Origin: a virus
Lineage: Duplodnaviria; Caudoviricetes
Strand: one strand, 5' to 3'
Virus record (IMG/VR): IMGVR_UViG_3300020043_000366
Location: 1 to 24,253 of that record
Length of the DNA stretch: 24,253 bases
Shown: one piece after another, positions 8,601 to 17,419 of the stretch
Layout of the letters: every line of letters starts with the position of its first letter
Numbering within the stretch: the first letter of the stretch is position 1
The notes under the pieces: generated by a model
Told to the model about the DNA's origin: nothing
Databases searched by the model: none
What the model saw: only the letters and a program-made list of their open reading frames with translations
Translations under genes and position numbers: made by a program

Positions 8601-10145
8601 ATGGCAGGCATTAACCCATTCCAAGCACCAATCAACTATGCAGTTGAGGTGCAAAGTCCATTTGAGGCAGCAATCGGTGGATTCAAACTAGGTGCAGCAG
8701 GTGCAGAGGCACAGGCACAAGCACAGGCACGTGAGCGTGCAATGGCAGCACAAACAAAACTGTCAGCTTTGTTTAAAAATCCAAATGCAACAGCTACAGA
8801 CTATGCGGAAGCCTCTGCATTCTTGCCAAAAGATCAAGCTGATAGTGTTCGAAAATCTTTCGAAATGCTTACAGCAGATCAACAACAAAGTTCACTTCGC
8901 AATGCAGCTCAAGTTTATTCAGCAGTAAAGTCTGGTCAGATTGACATTGCAAAAAACATGCTCAAGGAACAAGCAACTGCATATAGAAATGCTGGTCGTG
9001 AACAGGATGCCAAAGCAACTGAAAATTCTTTACAGTTGATTGAGATTAATCCAGCTGGTGCTCAAGCAACAATTGGAGTGATGACTGCCGTTCTTCCTGG
9101 TGGTAAAGATTTACTCGCTAATGTTGATAAAGCATTGTCAACTATTCGATCAGAAGCCAAAGCACCAGCAGAATTGACACAAGCCATTGCAGCGGCAGAC
9201 AAAGCAGTTGCCGAGGCAACTACAGCTCAAGCAACAGCTACCAATGCAGCAGAAAAAGCAGCCGCAGATGCGGCCAAAGCAACAGCAGACGCAAATGCGG
9301 CTAAGGTTAAAGCAAAATATGCAGAGCAAGTCGAGATTGCAGGCCTTAACAAGACCAACTGGGACATCAACAATCTGCGCAGCCAAATTGGAGATCGTTC
9401 TGCACGTTTAAATCTTGACACTCAAAAAACAGCCGCAGATGTTGCTGCAAAAATGTCAGACATTCAGAAAAATTTGAATGACATTCCAGCAGACACACGC
9501 AAACTGATCAACGAATCCGCAGTATTGGCTGCAACATCAAAGCAATCTGCTGAACAGTTCAATGACTTGGCCAAACGCCTCGATGAATCTGGTGGTGGTT
9601 ATGGTGTGTTCTCAAGCGCATCAGACTTCTTGAAAAAGGGCGCAGGTTTCCAAGGTGGTATGACACAACTGCGTCAAGAATACACACGCCTTCGCAACAC
9701 AGCGGCCATTAAGTCTTTGCCACCAGGCCCAGCCACCGACAAAGACATTGCAATGGCCATGAAAGGCTTTCCAAGCGACAATGCATCTGCTGGTGACTTG
9801 TCGAGCTTCTTGCGAGGAATGGCCAAGTTGCAAGATGTTGATGCATCCATCAACAACGCCAAGACCGACTGGCTTGCCCAGAACAATGGCACGCTTACAC
9901 GTGCCAAGAACACATTTGTTGCTGGCGACTATGCAACAAAGCCTGGTGAAACATTTAATGACTTTTCTCAACGAATCGTCAGTGATGTATCGAAAAAGTA
10001 TCGATCACCAGAACAGATTGCAGAGGAAAGACGCCAGCAACTTGTTTCTCAAATTCCAACCAATCAAGCACCAGTGGCTGCACCAACAGCTGCACCAGCA
10101 AATATTCGATCACAGGCTGACGCAATCCTGCGTGGAGGTCAATAA
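8601..10145 (+). CDS. Ejection protein, P22 gp20 position
   Basis: 514 aa, Ala/Gln-rich helical; LPPGPATDKDI motif; second of three ejection-type genes. Confidence 0.7.
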   Translation: MAGINPFQAPINYAVEVQSPFEAAIGGFKLGAAGAEAQAQAQARERAMAAQTKLSALFKNPNATATDYAEASAFLPKDQADSVRKSFEMLTADQQQSSLRNAAQVYSAVKSGQIDIAKNMLKEQATAYRNAGREQDAKATENSLQLIEINPAGAQATIGVMTAVLPGGKDLLANVDKALSTIRSEAKAPAELTQAIAAADKAVAEATTAQATATNAAEKAAADAAKATADANAAKVKAKYAEQVEIAGLNKTNWDINNLRSQIGDRSARLNLDTQKTAADVAAKMSDIQKNLNDIPADTRKLINESAVLAATSKQSAEQFNDLAKRLDESGGGYGVFSSASDFLKKGAGFQGGMTQLRQEYTRLRNTAAIKSLPPGPATDKDIAMAMKGFPSDNASAGDLSSFLRGMAKLQDVDASINNAKTDWLAQNNGTLTRAKNTFVAGDYATKPGETFNDFSQRIVSDVSKKYRSPEQIAEERRQQLVSQIPTNQAPVAAPTAAPANIRSQADAILRGGQ

Positions 10146-12068
10146 ATGGCAACAGCCGACGAATACGCAGCTTGGATTGTCAAGAATTCCGCAAAACGCG
10201 GAACTCCTGAGTTTGACACCGTGGCACAGGCCTACCAGCTTGCCAAGGCAGAAGAAACCACGGCAGTCACACAAAAGCAGATTGCACCACCAACACCACA
10301 ACCAAGCATTGGACAACAAATTGTTGGTGCTGGTGAAACAGCATTGACATTAGGCACTGGTGCAGTCGGTGGAACACTTGGCACATTGGCTGGAACCTTG
10401 CAAGGCTTATCACAGCAAATTCTGTCAGGAAACTTTGGCACACCAGAAGCCATGCGTGCGGTCGAGAAGGCCGCAGCCGAAGGTGCGCAGGCGCTCACCT
10501 ATCAACCACGCACAGAAGCTGGACAAGAGCAGGTGCAGGCCGTTGGTCAAGTATTAGCCAACGTCTTGCCACCAGTCCTGCCTGCAATCGCAGCCCCAGG
10601 CGCTATTATGCAAGCCGCACGCACAACAGCCCCGACCGTTGGCGCAGCAGGTCAGATTGCAGGCGCAGCAGGTCGTCGGGCAGCCACCGCTACAGGCCAA
10701 GCTATTGTCAAGCCAGTACAAGCGGCCACAACAGCCGTTCGTGAGACTCTTGGCATGGAGGTAGCACCAGCGCCAGCGCAAGCCGGTGCGCGTGTCTCAG
10801 CAGGTGCAGCAGCAACACCAGAGGCTTTGCGTCGAACCACCACAGCCGAAGGCTTGCCAGTGCCTGTCACCCTTACCAAAGGTGCGGCCACCAGAGATGC
10901 CCAGCAGTTGGCTTTCGAGAAGGAACAGATCAAGAGCGATCTTGGTGGCCCATTGCGCCAACGTGCCGAGGAAAACAATCTGCAAGCCTTGCAGAACTTT
11001 GATGCCTTAGTCGACATGACAGATGCCCAGCTCATGGACTTGTCAAGCACAGGAGGTGCAGTCGTCAAGTCCCTGACTGAGGGACTGACAGCAGCCAAGA
11101 ACAGAACTCGCGCAGCTTACAAAGCAGCCGAGAAAGCAGGCGAGCTGGAGAACAATGTCACCCTAAACACCGTGGTGGACTACATCAACGAGAACATTCC
11201 AGAGGGCGACTTGGCTCCGATACTCAAGGCAGCACAACAGAAAGCCATTGCAATCGGTGCGGCAGTCCCAGACGCAGACGGAAGGCTTGTGGCACAGCCC
11301 ATCACCTTGCGCCAAGCAGAAAGCCTGCGCCAGACATTCCAACGTGCTGGTTTTGAAGGTGCAGACCAGTTCCACGGTGGAAGCCTTAAACGAGCTTTTG
11401 ATGTTGAGACAGAAGGCCTTGGTGGTGATCTCTACAAAAAGGCTCGTCAAATTCGCCTTGAACAAGCACGCAAGTTTGAAAATCGCGCCATTGTTGCTCG
11501 ACTTATCAAAAATCGAAAAGGCATGGAAGACCCACAGGTCGCAGCCGATCAGGTTTTTCGCAAGTCCATCCTAAACTCGTCACCAGAGGAAATCACGTTT
11601 TTGAAGCGTGTTCTTTTGACTAGCGGAAACGATGGCCAGCAAGCCTTCAAAGAGTTGCAAGGTGCCACTGTTCGCCATCTCAGAGACGAGGCCACAAAAG
11701 GCATGGGCATGGATTCGCAAGACCGTCCTTTGATCTCTCCAGCCAAGCTGCACCAATCTGTGCAAGCACTCGATGCAAATGGCAGACTTGATGTCATCCT
11801 TGGCAAGAAAAACGCACAGATCGTGCGTGACCTTGATGATGTCGTGCGCTACGTCACCACAGTGCCACCAGGCACATTGGTGAACAGCTCTGGCACAGCA
11901 GGAACGCTTCTGGCAGCAATGGCAGAGGCAGGAGCCACAGGTGCACTTACTGGCCTACCATTGCCAGTGGCATCTGGCATACGTCAGATCATTAAAATGC
12001 GACAAGAGGGTCGCACAAAGGCCAAGATCAATGAAGCCCTCAATGCATTGCCACAAGTGCAACCTTGA
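10146..12068 (+). CDS. Ejection protein, P22 gp16 position
   Basis: 640 aa, Ala/Gly-rich helical with hydrophobic G-rich stretches; third ejection-type gene, before the tailspike module. Confidence 0.7.
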   Translation: MATADEYAAWIVKNSAKRGTPEFDTVAQAYQLAKAEETTAVTQKQIAPPTPQPSIGQQIVGAGETALTLGTGAVGGTLGTLAGTLQGLSQQILSGNFGTPEAMRAVEKAAAEGAQALTYQPRTEAGQEQVQAVGQVLANVLPPVLPAIAAPGAIMQAARTTAPTVGAAGQIAGAAGRRAATATGQAIVKPVQAATTAVRETLGMEVAPAPAQAGARVSAGAAATPEALRRTTTAEGLPVPVTLTKGAATRDAQQLAFEKEQIKSDLGGPLRQRAEENNLQALQNFDALVDMTDAQLMDLSSTGGAVVKSLTEGLTAAKNRTRAAYKAAEKAGELENNVTLNTVVDYINENIPEGDLAPILKAAQQKAIAIGAAVPDADGRLVAQPITLRQAESLRQTFQRAGFEGADQFHGGSLKRAFDVETEGLGGDLYKKARQIRLEQARKFENRAIVARLIKNRKGMEDPQVAADQVFRKSILNSSPEEITFLKRVLLTSGNDGQQAFKELQGATVRHLRDEATKGMGMDSQDRPLISPAKLHQSVQALDANGRLDVILGKKNAQIVRDLDDVVRYVTTVPPGTLVNSSGTAGTLLAAMAEAGATGALTGLPLPVASGIRQIIKMRQEGRTKAKINEALNALPQVQP

Positions 12069-12096
12069 GCGACAATTCAACTAGGAGAACCAATAA

Positions 12097-12588
12097 ATGT
12101 CCACGATTGAAGTCAAACCACCGTATCCAGCATTTGCTGGCGCTGATGGCCAGCCGCTGGAGAATGGTTACATCTGGATTGGTGTGGTCAATCTGTCTCC
12201 ACAAGTCAATCCAATCTCAGTTTATTGGGATGATGCACAGACAATTCCTGCACCTCAGCCAATTCGCACACTCAATGGATATCCATCGCGCAATGGAACG
12301 CCTGCACGTTTCTACGTGACAGACGACTACAGCATTCAAGTGCTGGATTCAAAAGGCAGCGTGGTCTACACATCGCTGAATGGAAACGCTTTCCCAGGCT
12401 CGGCCGGCAACTTATACCTCAATGAAACAGGCGATGGTGTTGAAACGGTCTTTGCTGTGCCATTCGTGCCAAGCCTGATCTTCATCAATGGCGTGTACCA
12501 GAATCAGAACACCTACACGCTTTCTGGTGGGGATGTTACATTCTCAGAAGCGCCACCATTTACATCTGTAATTGAATTTTTAATTTGA
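12097..12588 (+). CDS. Stand-alone tailspike head-binding domain (P22 gp9 N-terminus-like) adaptor
   Basis: GQPLENGYIWIG...NPISVYWD...QPIRTLNGYP...YSIQVLDSKG matches the P22 tailspike head-binding domain; followed only by a short IFINGVYQ...TFSEAPP module, then stop. Confidence 0.8.
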   Translation: MSTIEVKPPYPAFAGADGQPLENGYIWIGVVNLSPQVNPISVYWDDAQTIPAPQPIRTLNGYPSRNGTPARFYVTDDYSIQVLDSKGSVVYTSLNGNAFPGSAGNLYLNETGDGVETVFAVPFVPSLIFINGVYQNQNTYTLSGGDVTFSEAPPFTSVIEFLI

Positions 12589-12621
12589 TTTTGCTTAAAA
12601 ACGTTAACTCAAAAATTAGTT

Positions 12622-13368
12622 ATGTCTAACAGCAAAATATCAGCACTAACCTCTGCTACCACGCCATTGGCTGGTACAGAAACTTTGCCGATTGTTCAAA
12701 GTAGCACAACCAAAAAAGTTGCAACTAATGATCTAACTGTTCGGAACATTAGGGCAAATGCAACAACAGGTATTTTGCAAGTCACTGGGCCTACTGCTGC
12801 GGCCACTAGAGTGATGACCACACCAGATGCTAATTTTACGGTTGCTAGAACAGATGCAGCTCAATCATTCACTGGCGATCAAACATTAAGCACTGGCAAC
12901 CTAGTCATCGGTACATCAGGCAAAGGCATTGACTTTTCTGCCACACCAGGAACAGGCACAAGTGAGTTGTTTGCTGACTATGAAGAAGGTACTTTTACGC
13001 CAACATTTACAGGGTTGACTGTTGGTAATGGATCTGTATTTGGAACTTACCGAAAAATTGGCAAACAAGTCACATTAACTTATGGTTTCTTTTTGGGTTC
13101 AACATCGGTAGTTGCCACTTTAACTGGTATTACAGGCTATCCTTTCACAACAGGCACAATTGGCGCAAGCCGCTTCTTTGCCGCAAACGGAACTGCGTTT
13201 AAAAGTGGTGTTGGGTGGTATGGTGCTTACGCCGCAATTTATAACGCAGCAACATCGGGAACAGGCCCAATAGCCGCCGCAACAGATATAAGCATGGCAG
13301 CAGCATCACCATTTGTTTGGGCTGCAAACGACAGTCTTTCTTTAACCGCAACTTATTTTGTAGATTGA
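12622..13368 (+). CDS. Tail fibre / receptor-binding protein 1
   Basis: N-terminal SKISALTSATTPLAGTETLPIVQ anchor; GKGIDFSA, DYEEGTFTP...YRKIGKQV C-terminal fibre domain. Confidence 0.75.
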   Translation: MSNSKISALTSATTPLAGTETLPIVQSSTTKKVATNDLTVRNIRANATTGILQVTGPTAAATRVMTTPDANFTVARTDAAQSFTGDQTLSTGNLVIGTSGKGIDFSATPGTGTSELFADYEEGTFTPTFTGLTVGNGSVFGTYRKIGKQVTLTYGFFLGSTSVVATLTGITGYPFTTGTIGASRFFAANGTAFKSGVGWYGAYAAIYNAATSGTGPIAAATDISMAAASPFVWAANDSLSLTATYFVD

Positions 13369-13373
13369 TCAAT

Positions 13374-14831
13374 ATGGCACTTACAAAAGCAACCTACTCA
13401 ATGATCCAAGGCGCTGTCGCCAACATCTTGGATTTTGGCGCAGACCCAACTGGGGCCGCTGATTCAACAACAGCAATTCAAGCGGCTGTTGATTCTGTAA
13501 AAGTTTCTGGCGGTGCGGTTTACTTTCCGACAGGAACTTACAAAATTACAGACACAATTGTTGTTGACACTGGTGTGTATACAACAGGCTTGATTTTGTT
13601 CGGTAATGGCCGTAACTCAATCATTTCTCAGACTGGAACCAATAAAGATGCGTTTCATTTTTCCACAACGCAATTCTTACAAAACAGTGGTTTTCGGGAT
13701 TTAAAGATTACTTGCGATGCTGACGCAGGGCATTGCATTAACATCGTCTATGGTTGCACAACTTGCTTTGTGACTAATGTGGACATGGTTCAGCTAAATC
13801 CTTCAAAGTCACTAATTTATGGCGATTACACCAGTTTTGGTGGTGGCGTGTATGACACCAAGTTTAGCGGTGGCTCTTGGTATTGCGCCACCACATCAAC
13901 TGTTGCGGGTGTTAGATTTATTGCAAACGGCACAATTTTCAACGAAAACATTTTTGAAAATCTGCGTTGCTATAACTCTAAAACAGTTCAATTTTTTCAA
14001 ATTACAACTGTCACAACAGGCACTATTTGGCTTACTGGTAATGTGTGGAGAAACATCAACTTTGAGATTTGCCCAGGTGGTGGTTTCTATGTTGACTCGT
14101 TTAAATCTTGCATCTGGCAAAACATTTCGTTTTGGGATTCGGGCGGCACTTACACAAACAACTTGTTTGATTTTGCCTCTGGTGCGGGTTACGAAACAAC
14201 CTCTTGCACGCTGATTAACTGCACACGAAATGGTGATTCAGTAGGTGCATCTGTTTACGACATTCGCTTGCTGTATGGTCAAAACATGACATTGATTGAC
14301 TGCTACACAGCAGCATCACCCGTCTATGATTTCAACAACAAGCGCGTGACTGTCATTGGATCGTTGACTGGCACTATCAACAATAAAGCTGGAATCCTTT
14401 GGTTGGGTTCTCAGTTTAGTGGCATCCAGTTTGGTGGCGGTGTTAATGGCGCTGTATTGAGTTATTACGATGAAGGCACATGGACTGCTTCATTAACGGG
14501 AAGCACAGCCAATCCAACAACGCCCGTCACCGCAACTGGAGTTTGGACTCGTATCGGCAGACAAGTTTTTGTAAGTGTTGAGTTTTTAAATGTAAACACA
14601 ACAGGCGCAACAGGAAATGTCCGAGTTACTGGTTTGCCTTTTAGCGCTGTAACTGCAAACGGCTATGGCCCCGTATCTATAAAAAATCTTGGGGCTACGC
14701 CAGTTGTCGCTTCGCCAACTACAGTATCAACTCAAATTGATTTTTACCTTGCAACTGATAGATCAACAAACCTGACATTTGGCGCTGGCACTGGTCAGTA
14801 TCTTGCATTCTCAGCAACATATATTGCATAA
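13374..14831 (+). CDS. Tailspike / receptor-binding protein 2 with pectate-lyase-like beta-helix (putative depolymerase)
   Basis: Probable start MALTKATYSMI at 13374; NILDFGADPTGAADSTTAIQAAVD..GGAVYFPTGTYKI is the typical beta-helix N-cap; C-terminal YYDEGTWT..WTRIGRQV..GLPF domain. Confidence 0.85.
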   Translation: MALTKATYSMIQGAVANILDFGADPTGAADSTTAIQAAVDSVKVSGGAVYFPTGTYKITDTIVVDTGVYTTGLILFGNGRNSIISQTGTNKDAFHFSTTQFLQNSGFRDLKITCDADAGHCINIVYGCTTCFVTNVDMVQLNPSKSLIYGDYTSFGGGVYDTKFSGGSWYCATTSTVAGVRFIANGTIFNENIFENLRCYNSKTVQFFQITTVTTGTIWLTGNVWRNINFEICPGGGFYVDSFKSCIWQNISFWDSGGTYTNNLFDFASGAGYETTSCTLINCTRNGDSVGASVYDIRLLYGQNMTLIDCYTAASPVYDFNNKRVTVIGSLTGTINNKAGILWLGSQFSGIQFGGGVNGAVLSYYDEGTWTASLTGSTANPTTPVTATGVWTRIGRQVFVSVEFLNVNTTGATGNVRVTGLPFSAVTANGYGPVSIKNLGATPVVASPTTVSTQIDFYLATDRSTNLTFGAGTGQYLAFSATYIA

Positions 14832-14842
14832 AGGACTTCATC

Positions 14843-15097
14843 ATGGCTATCAAACTTACCAAAAAAACAGTCACTGGTCTTACGGCACTTGATGCTTATC
14901 ATCGTGTGGAAAATCTGTCGCTTGCCAACAAAGAACAAATGAACTTTGCCGTTCGCAGTTACGCAAGCGTTGACAACCCTTCATTTTCCGAAGTCTATTA
15001 TTCTTGTGCTTACAGCATTGACAGCAGTAACCCGTTTAAGCAAGCCTACGATCACTTGAAAACTTTGCCAGAGTTTGCTGGCGCTGCGGATTGCTAA
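14843..15097 (+). CDS. Hypothetical protein (possible tail-fibre assembly factor)
   Basis: AAGGA RBS; 84 aa ending QAYDHLKTLPEFAGAADC; immediately follows the RBP. Confidence 0.7.
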   Translation: MAIKLTKKTVTGLTALDAYHRVENLSLANKEQMNFAVRSYASVDNPSFSEVYYSCAYSIDSSNPFKQAYDHLKTLPEFAGAADC

Positions 15098-15099
15098 TC

Positions 15100-15354
15100 A
15101 TGCTTGAAAAAGTTATCTCTGTCGATCTGATTGAAGTCATTGAAAACGGCTCAATCCAAGTTCGCACCAAGACCGCTATCAAAGAAGACGGCGTGGAGAT
15201 CATCAGCCAGTTTCACCGCCACGTTGTCGTGCCTGGTGCTGACTACAGTGCTGAGGATGCCAAAGTGCAAGCAATTGCAGCATCTATTCACACGCCTGAA
15301 GTGATCGCTGCGTATGTTGCTGCACAAGAAGCTGCAAAAACACAAGTTTCATAA
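15100..15354 (+). CDS. Hypothetical protein (possible tail-fibre-associated)
   Basis: ATG 15100; MLEKVISVDLIEV...IQVR...FHRHVVVPG type small protein following fibre genes. Confidence 0.7.
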   Translation: MLEKVISVDLIEVIENGSIQVRTKTAIKEDGVEIISQFHRHVVVPGADYSAEDAKVQAIAASIHTPEVIAAYVAAQEAAKTQVS

Positions 15355-15366
15355 TTGGTGAAATAA

Positions 15367-15582
15367 ATGGCTTTCGATGATACAAACTTTGATCCGGTGA
15401 AATATGGCGTGCTCTGGCAAAAAGTTCAGGACATGGACAAGAAAATGGACAAGGTCGAGCGCCAGCTCGAAGAACTGGTGGCGCTGGCCAACAAAGGTCG
15501 TGGAGGCCTCTGGTTTGGCATGACCATCGTTTCTGGTGTGTCTGCTGTGATCGGTTATCTGCTGAATTATTGGAAGCATTGA
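15367..15582 (+). CDS. Small coiled-coil protein with C-terminal TM helix (lysis-region membrane protein)
   Basis: KVQDMDKKMDKVERQLEEL coiled coil, then GGLWFGMTIVSGVSAVIGYLL TM. Confidence 0.7.
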   Translation: MAFDDTNFDPVKYGVLWQKVQDMDKKMDKVERQLEELVALANKGRGGLWFGMTIVSGVSAVIGYLLNYWKH

Positions 15583-15719
15583 AATATGTACTTGCGATGG
15601 TTTTAACACTATCGCAAGCCTCATCAACTGAATATAGATGCGTCCGATGGGCATGGACCGGTGATGTTTTCAATCGCAAAGTAGTATGCCTTGAGTGGAA
15701 AAAGGTAGAGCGAAAATGA
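15579..15719 (+). CDS. Small putatively exported two-Cys protein (46 aa), absent from ORF track
   Basis: TTG start overlaps the previous stop (TTGA); MKYVLAMVLTLSQASSTEYRCVRWAWTGDVFNRKVVCLEWKKVERK*; stop overlaps the next ATG (ATGA). Confidence 0.7.
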   Translation: MKYVLAMVLTLSQASSTEYRCVRWAWTGDVFNRKVVCLEWKKVERK

Positions 15720-16210
15720 TCGATCCAATTACAGCCCTAGCAGGACTACAAAGTGCAATCAGCGTAGTCAAAAAAGCCAGCAAGGTCGCAAATGACCTGG
15801 CTGGTTTGGCTCCATCTATCGCCAAGATGTTTGATGCCAAAAGCGTGGCCACCAAAGCAATGGTGGAAGCCAAGCGCTCTGGCAACAAGTCAAACCTTGG
15901 AACAGCCTTACAAATTGAGATGGCGCTCGATGAGGCCAAGCGCTTCGAGGCTGAATTGATGATGCTATTTCAGGCCACTGGTCGTGCCGATGTATGGGAC
16001 AAGATTAAAAAGCGCCAGCAACAAATGGACATTGAAGACGCGCATCTAGCCAGACAAGCCAGAGAAGAAGAAAAGAAGCAAAAAGAAGAAGAAGCCGAGC
16101 AGATGGCATGGGCCATTGGCATTGTCGTAATCGTGATGCTTCTTGGTGCAGTTGGTTGGGGAGTTGCTGAGATACAAGACTTGTGCGCTAGAACGCGCTG
16201 TGGGCGATGA
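15716..16210 (+). CDS. Helical membrane protein with amphipathic N-terminus, coiled coil and C-terminal TM
   Basis: Start MIDPITALAG via ATGA coupling; TM WAIGIVVIVMLLGAVGWGV; short CxxxxC tail. Confidence 0.75.
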   Translation: MIDPITALAGLQSAISVVKKASKVANDLAGLAPSIAKMFDAKSVATKAMVEAKRSGNKSNLGTALQIEMALDEAKRFEAELMMLFQATGRADVWDKIKKRQQQMDIEDAHLARQAREEEKKQKEEEAEQMAWAIGIVVIVMLLGAVGWGVAEIQDLCARTRCGR

Positions 16211-16356
16211 ATGAGTATCAAAAGCAATTTGACCAATTCCTCAAAATCTTCGTGCGCTTGTGCATTGTTTGGTGGGTGCTTGGCCTGCTTAAATTCTTGC
16301 CAGACGAGATTGCCGATAAGGTTGTCAATAAACTACTTGGGATGATTGGACTATGA
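16207..16356 (+). CDS. Small membrane protein (49 aa), absent from ORF track
   Basis: MNEYQKQFDQFLKIFVRLCIVWWVLGLLKFLPDEIADKVVNKLLGMIGL*; ATGA-coupled at both ends, exactly filling the gap. Confidence 0.78.
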   Translation: MNEYQKQFDQFLKIFVRLCIVWWVLGLLKFLPDEIADKVVNKLLGMIGL

Positions 16357-16964
16357 GCGAAGAAAAGCCATCAGACATATTGAGCAAAGTGCTGTCCTAT
16401 GTAGACAGCCCATTCAAGTTGTTTGCACTGATACTCATGGCGGTGTTTGCCTTTGCTGGCTACTTTGTTTGGCAGAACCAAGAGTTGCTGATGGGCGCAT
16501 ATAAAGAGTCTAAAAAGATGCCAAGCATTGTTGAGGACAGGGTGGAAGACGCAGCCGCCCATCTGTTCAAAACCACCAACGCCACCGTTGTGGCCGTGTT
16601 CAAAGTTAACCCCATGTTTGGAACGCGAGTGTTATATCGTGCTTACACAAAAGAAGGCAGGGACAAAACCAACGATGGACTTGATGTTGGCCTGTTCACC
16701 CAGAACGCAGCCAACAATGCGGATGTGGTCAGGCTGATGGCCAGCGAGATTCCTTGCGGTGAATACCGATCAGCACAATCCGAGATGGGCTTGTGGTATA
16801 TCGCCAAAGGGGTTGCCTATACTTGCCGAATTAGCATCCCACCAGACCCAAACCGTTTTGTTGGTCAAATCACTGTAGGCTGGGATAATGAACCCACCGA
16901 CATTCAGGTGACAAGAACCATGATGGAAATTGCAGCAACCATGCTTTCAAGGAGCAAACAATGA
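16353..16964 (+). CDS. Putative T4 T-like (class III) holin: single TM plus large periplasmic domain
   Basis: N-terminal amphipathic PSDILSKVL, one TM, ~160-aa C-terminal domain with 2 Cys ending FVGQITVGW...IAATMLSRSK. By recall, T4 T has PSDILFGVL and YAGTITMYW...QAARILGRAK. Located in the lysis cassette. Confidence 0.65.
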   Translation: MSEEKPSDILSKVLSYVDSPFKLFALILMAVFAFAGYFVWQNQELLMGAYKESKKMPSIVEDRVEDAAAHLFKTTNATVVAVFKVNPMFGTRVLYRAYTKEGRDKTNDGLDVGLFTQNAANNADVVRLMASEIPCGEYRSAQSEMGLWYIAKGVAYTCRISIPPDPNRFVGQITVGWDNEPTDIQVTRTMMEIAATMLSRSKQ

Positions 16965-17419
16965 TCGCACTCGACGCAATCCTAAACGTGGGCGGCAAGC
17001 TCATTGACAAGTTGATTCCTGACCCAGAAGCCAAGGCCAAAGCGCAACTGGAGCTGACCAAGCTGGCGCAGGATGGCGAGCTGGCAAAGATGGCTAACGA
17101 CATCAAACTGGCAGAACTCGAAAACGCCAACACTGACAGCGCACGCGACATGAACGCAAAAGTGCAGGAATCCACCAACGCATCATGGCTGGCCAAGAAC
17201 ACGGCCTACGCGCTCGACATTGGCATTGTCACGGCCACCATATTCTTGGCGTGGTTTGCATTCATGAAGGGCGTGCCAGAGGCCAACAAAGAACTGGTGT
17301 ACATGGCCCTTGGCTCACTGATCACTATGAGTGGCACCGTACTGAACTTTCACCGTGGCAGCTCTCAAGGCTCCAAAGACAAGGGTGGTGAAATCCAGAA
17401 ACTCAAGGACATGAAATGA
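16961..17419 (+). CDS. Holin, GTA 3TM-holin-like family
   Basis: GGKLIDKLIPDPEAKAKAQLEL N-terminus, SAR motif, TM segments and a C-terminal F.RGSSQGSKDK; directly upstream of the endolysin. Confidence 0.72.
   Translation: MIALDAILNVGGKLIDKLIPDPEAKAKAQLELTKLAQDGELAKMANDIKLAELENANTDSARDMNAKVQESTNASWLAKNTAYALDIGIVTATIFLAWFAFMKGVPEANKELVYMALGSLITMSGTVLNFHRGSSQGSKDKGGEIQKLKDMK

Noticed and set aside
8705-8731. GCACA(G/A) short tandem repeat
   Set aside because: Simply encodes AQAQAQA in an ejection protein; not a CRISPR or regulatory repeat.
7938-12068. Three ejection genes in the same frame (polyprotein or stop recoding)
   Set aside because: Separated by TAA stops with their own starts; TAA, TGA and TAG all terminate genes in the window, so there is no sign of an alternative code.
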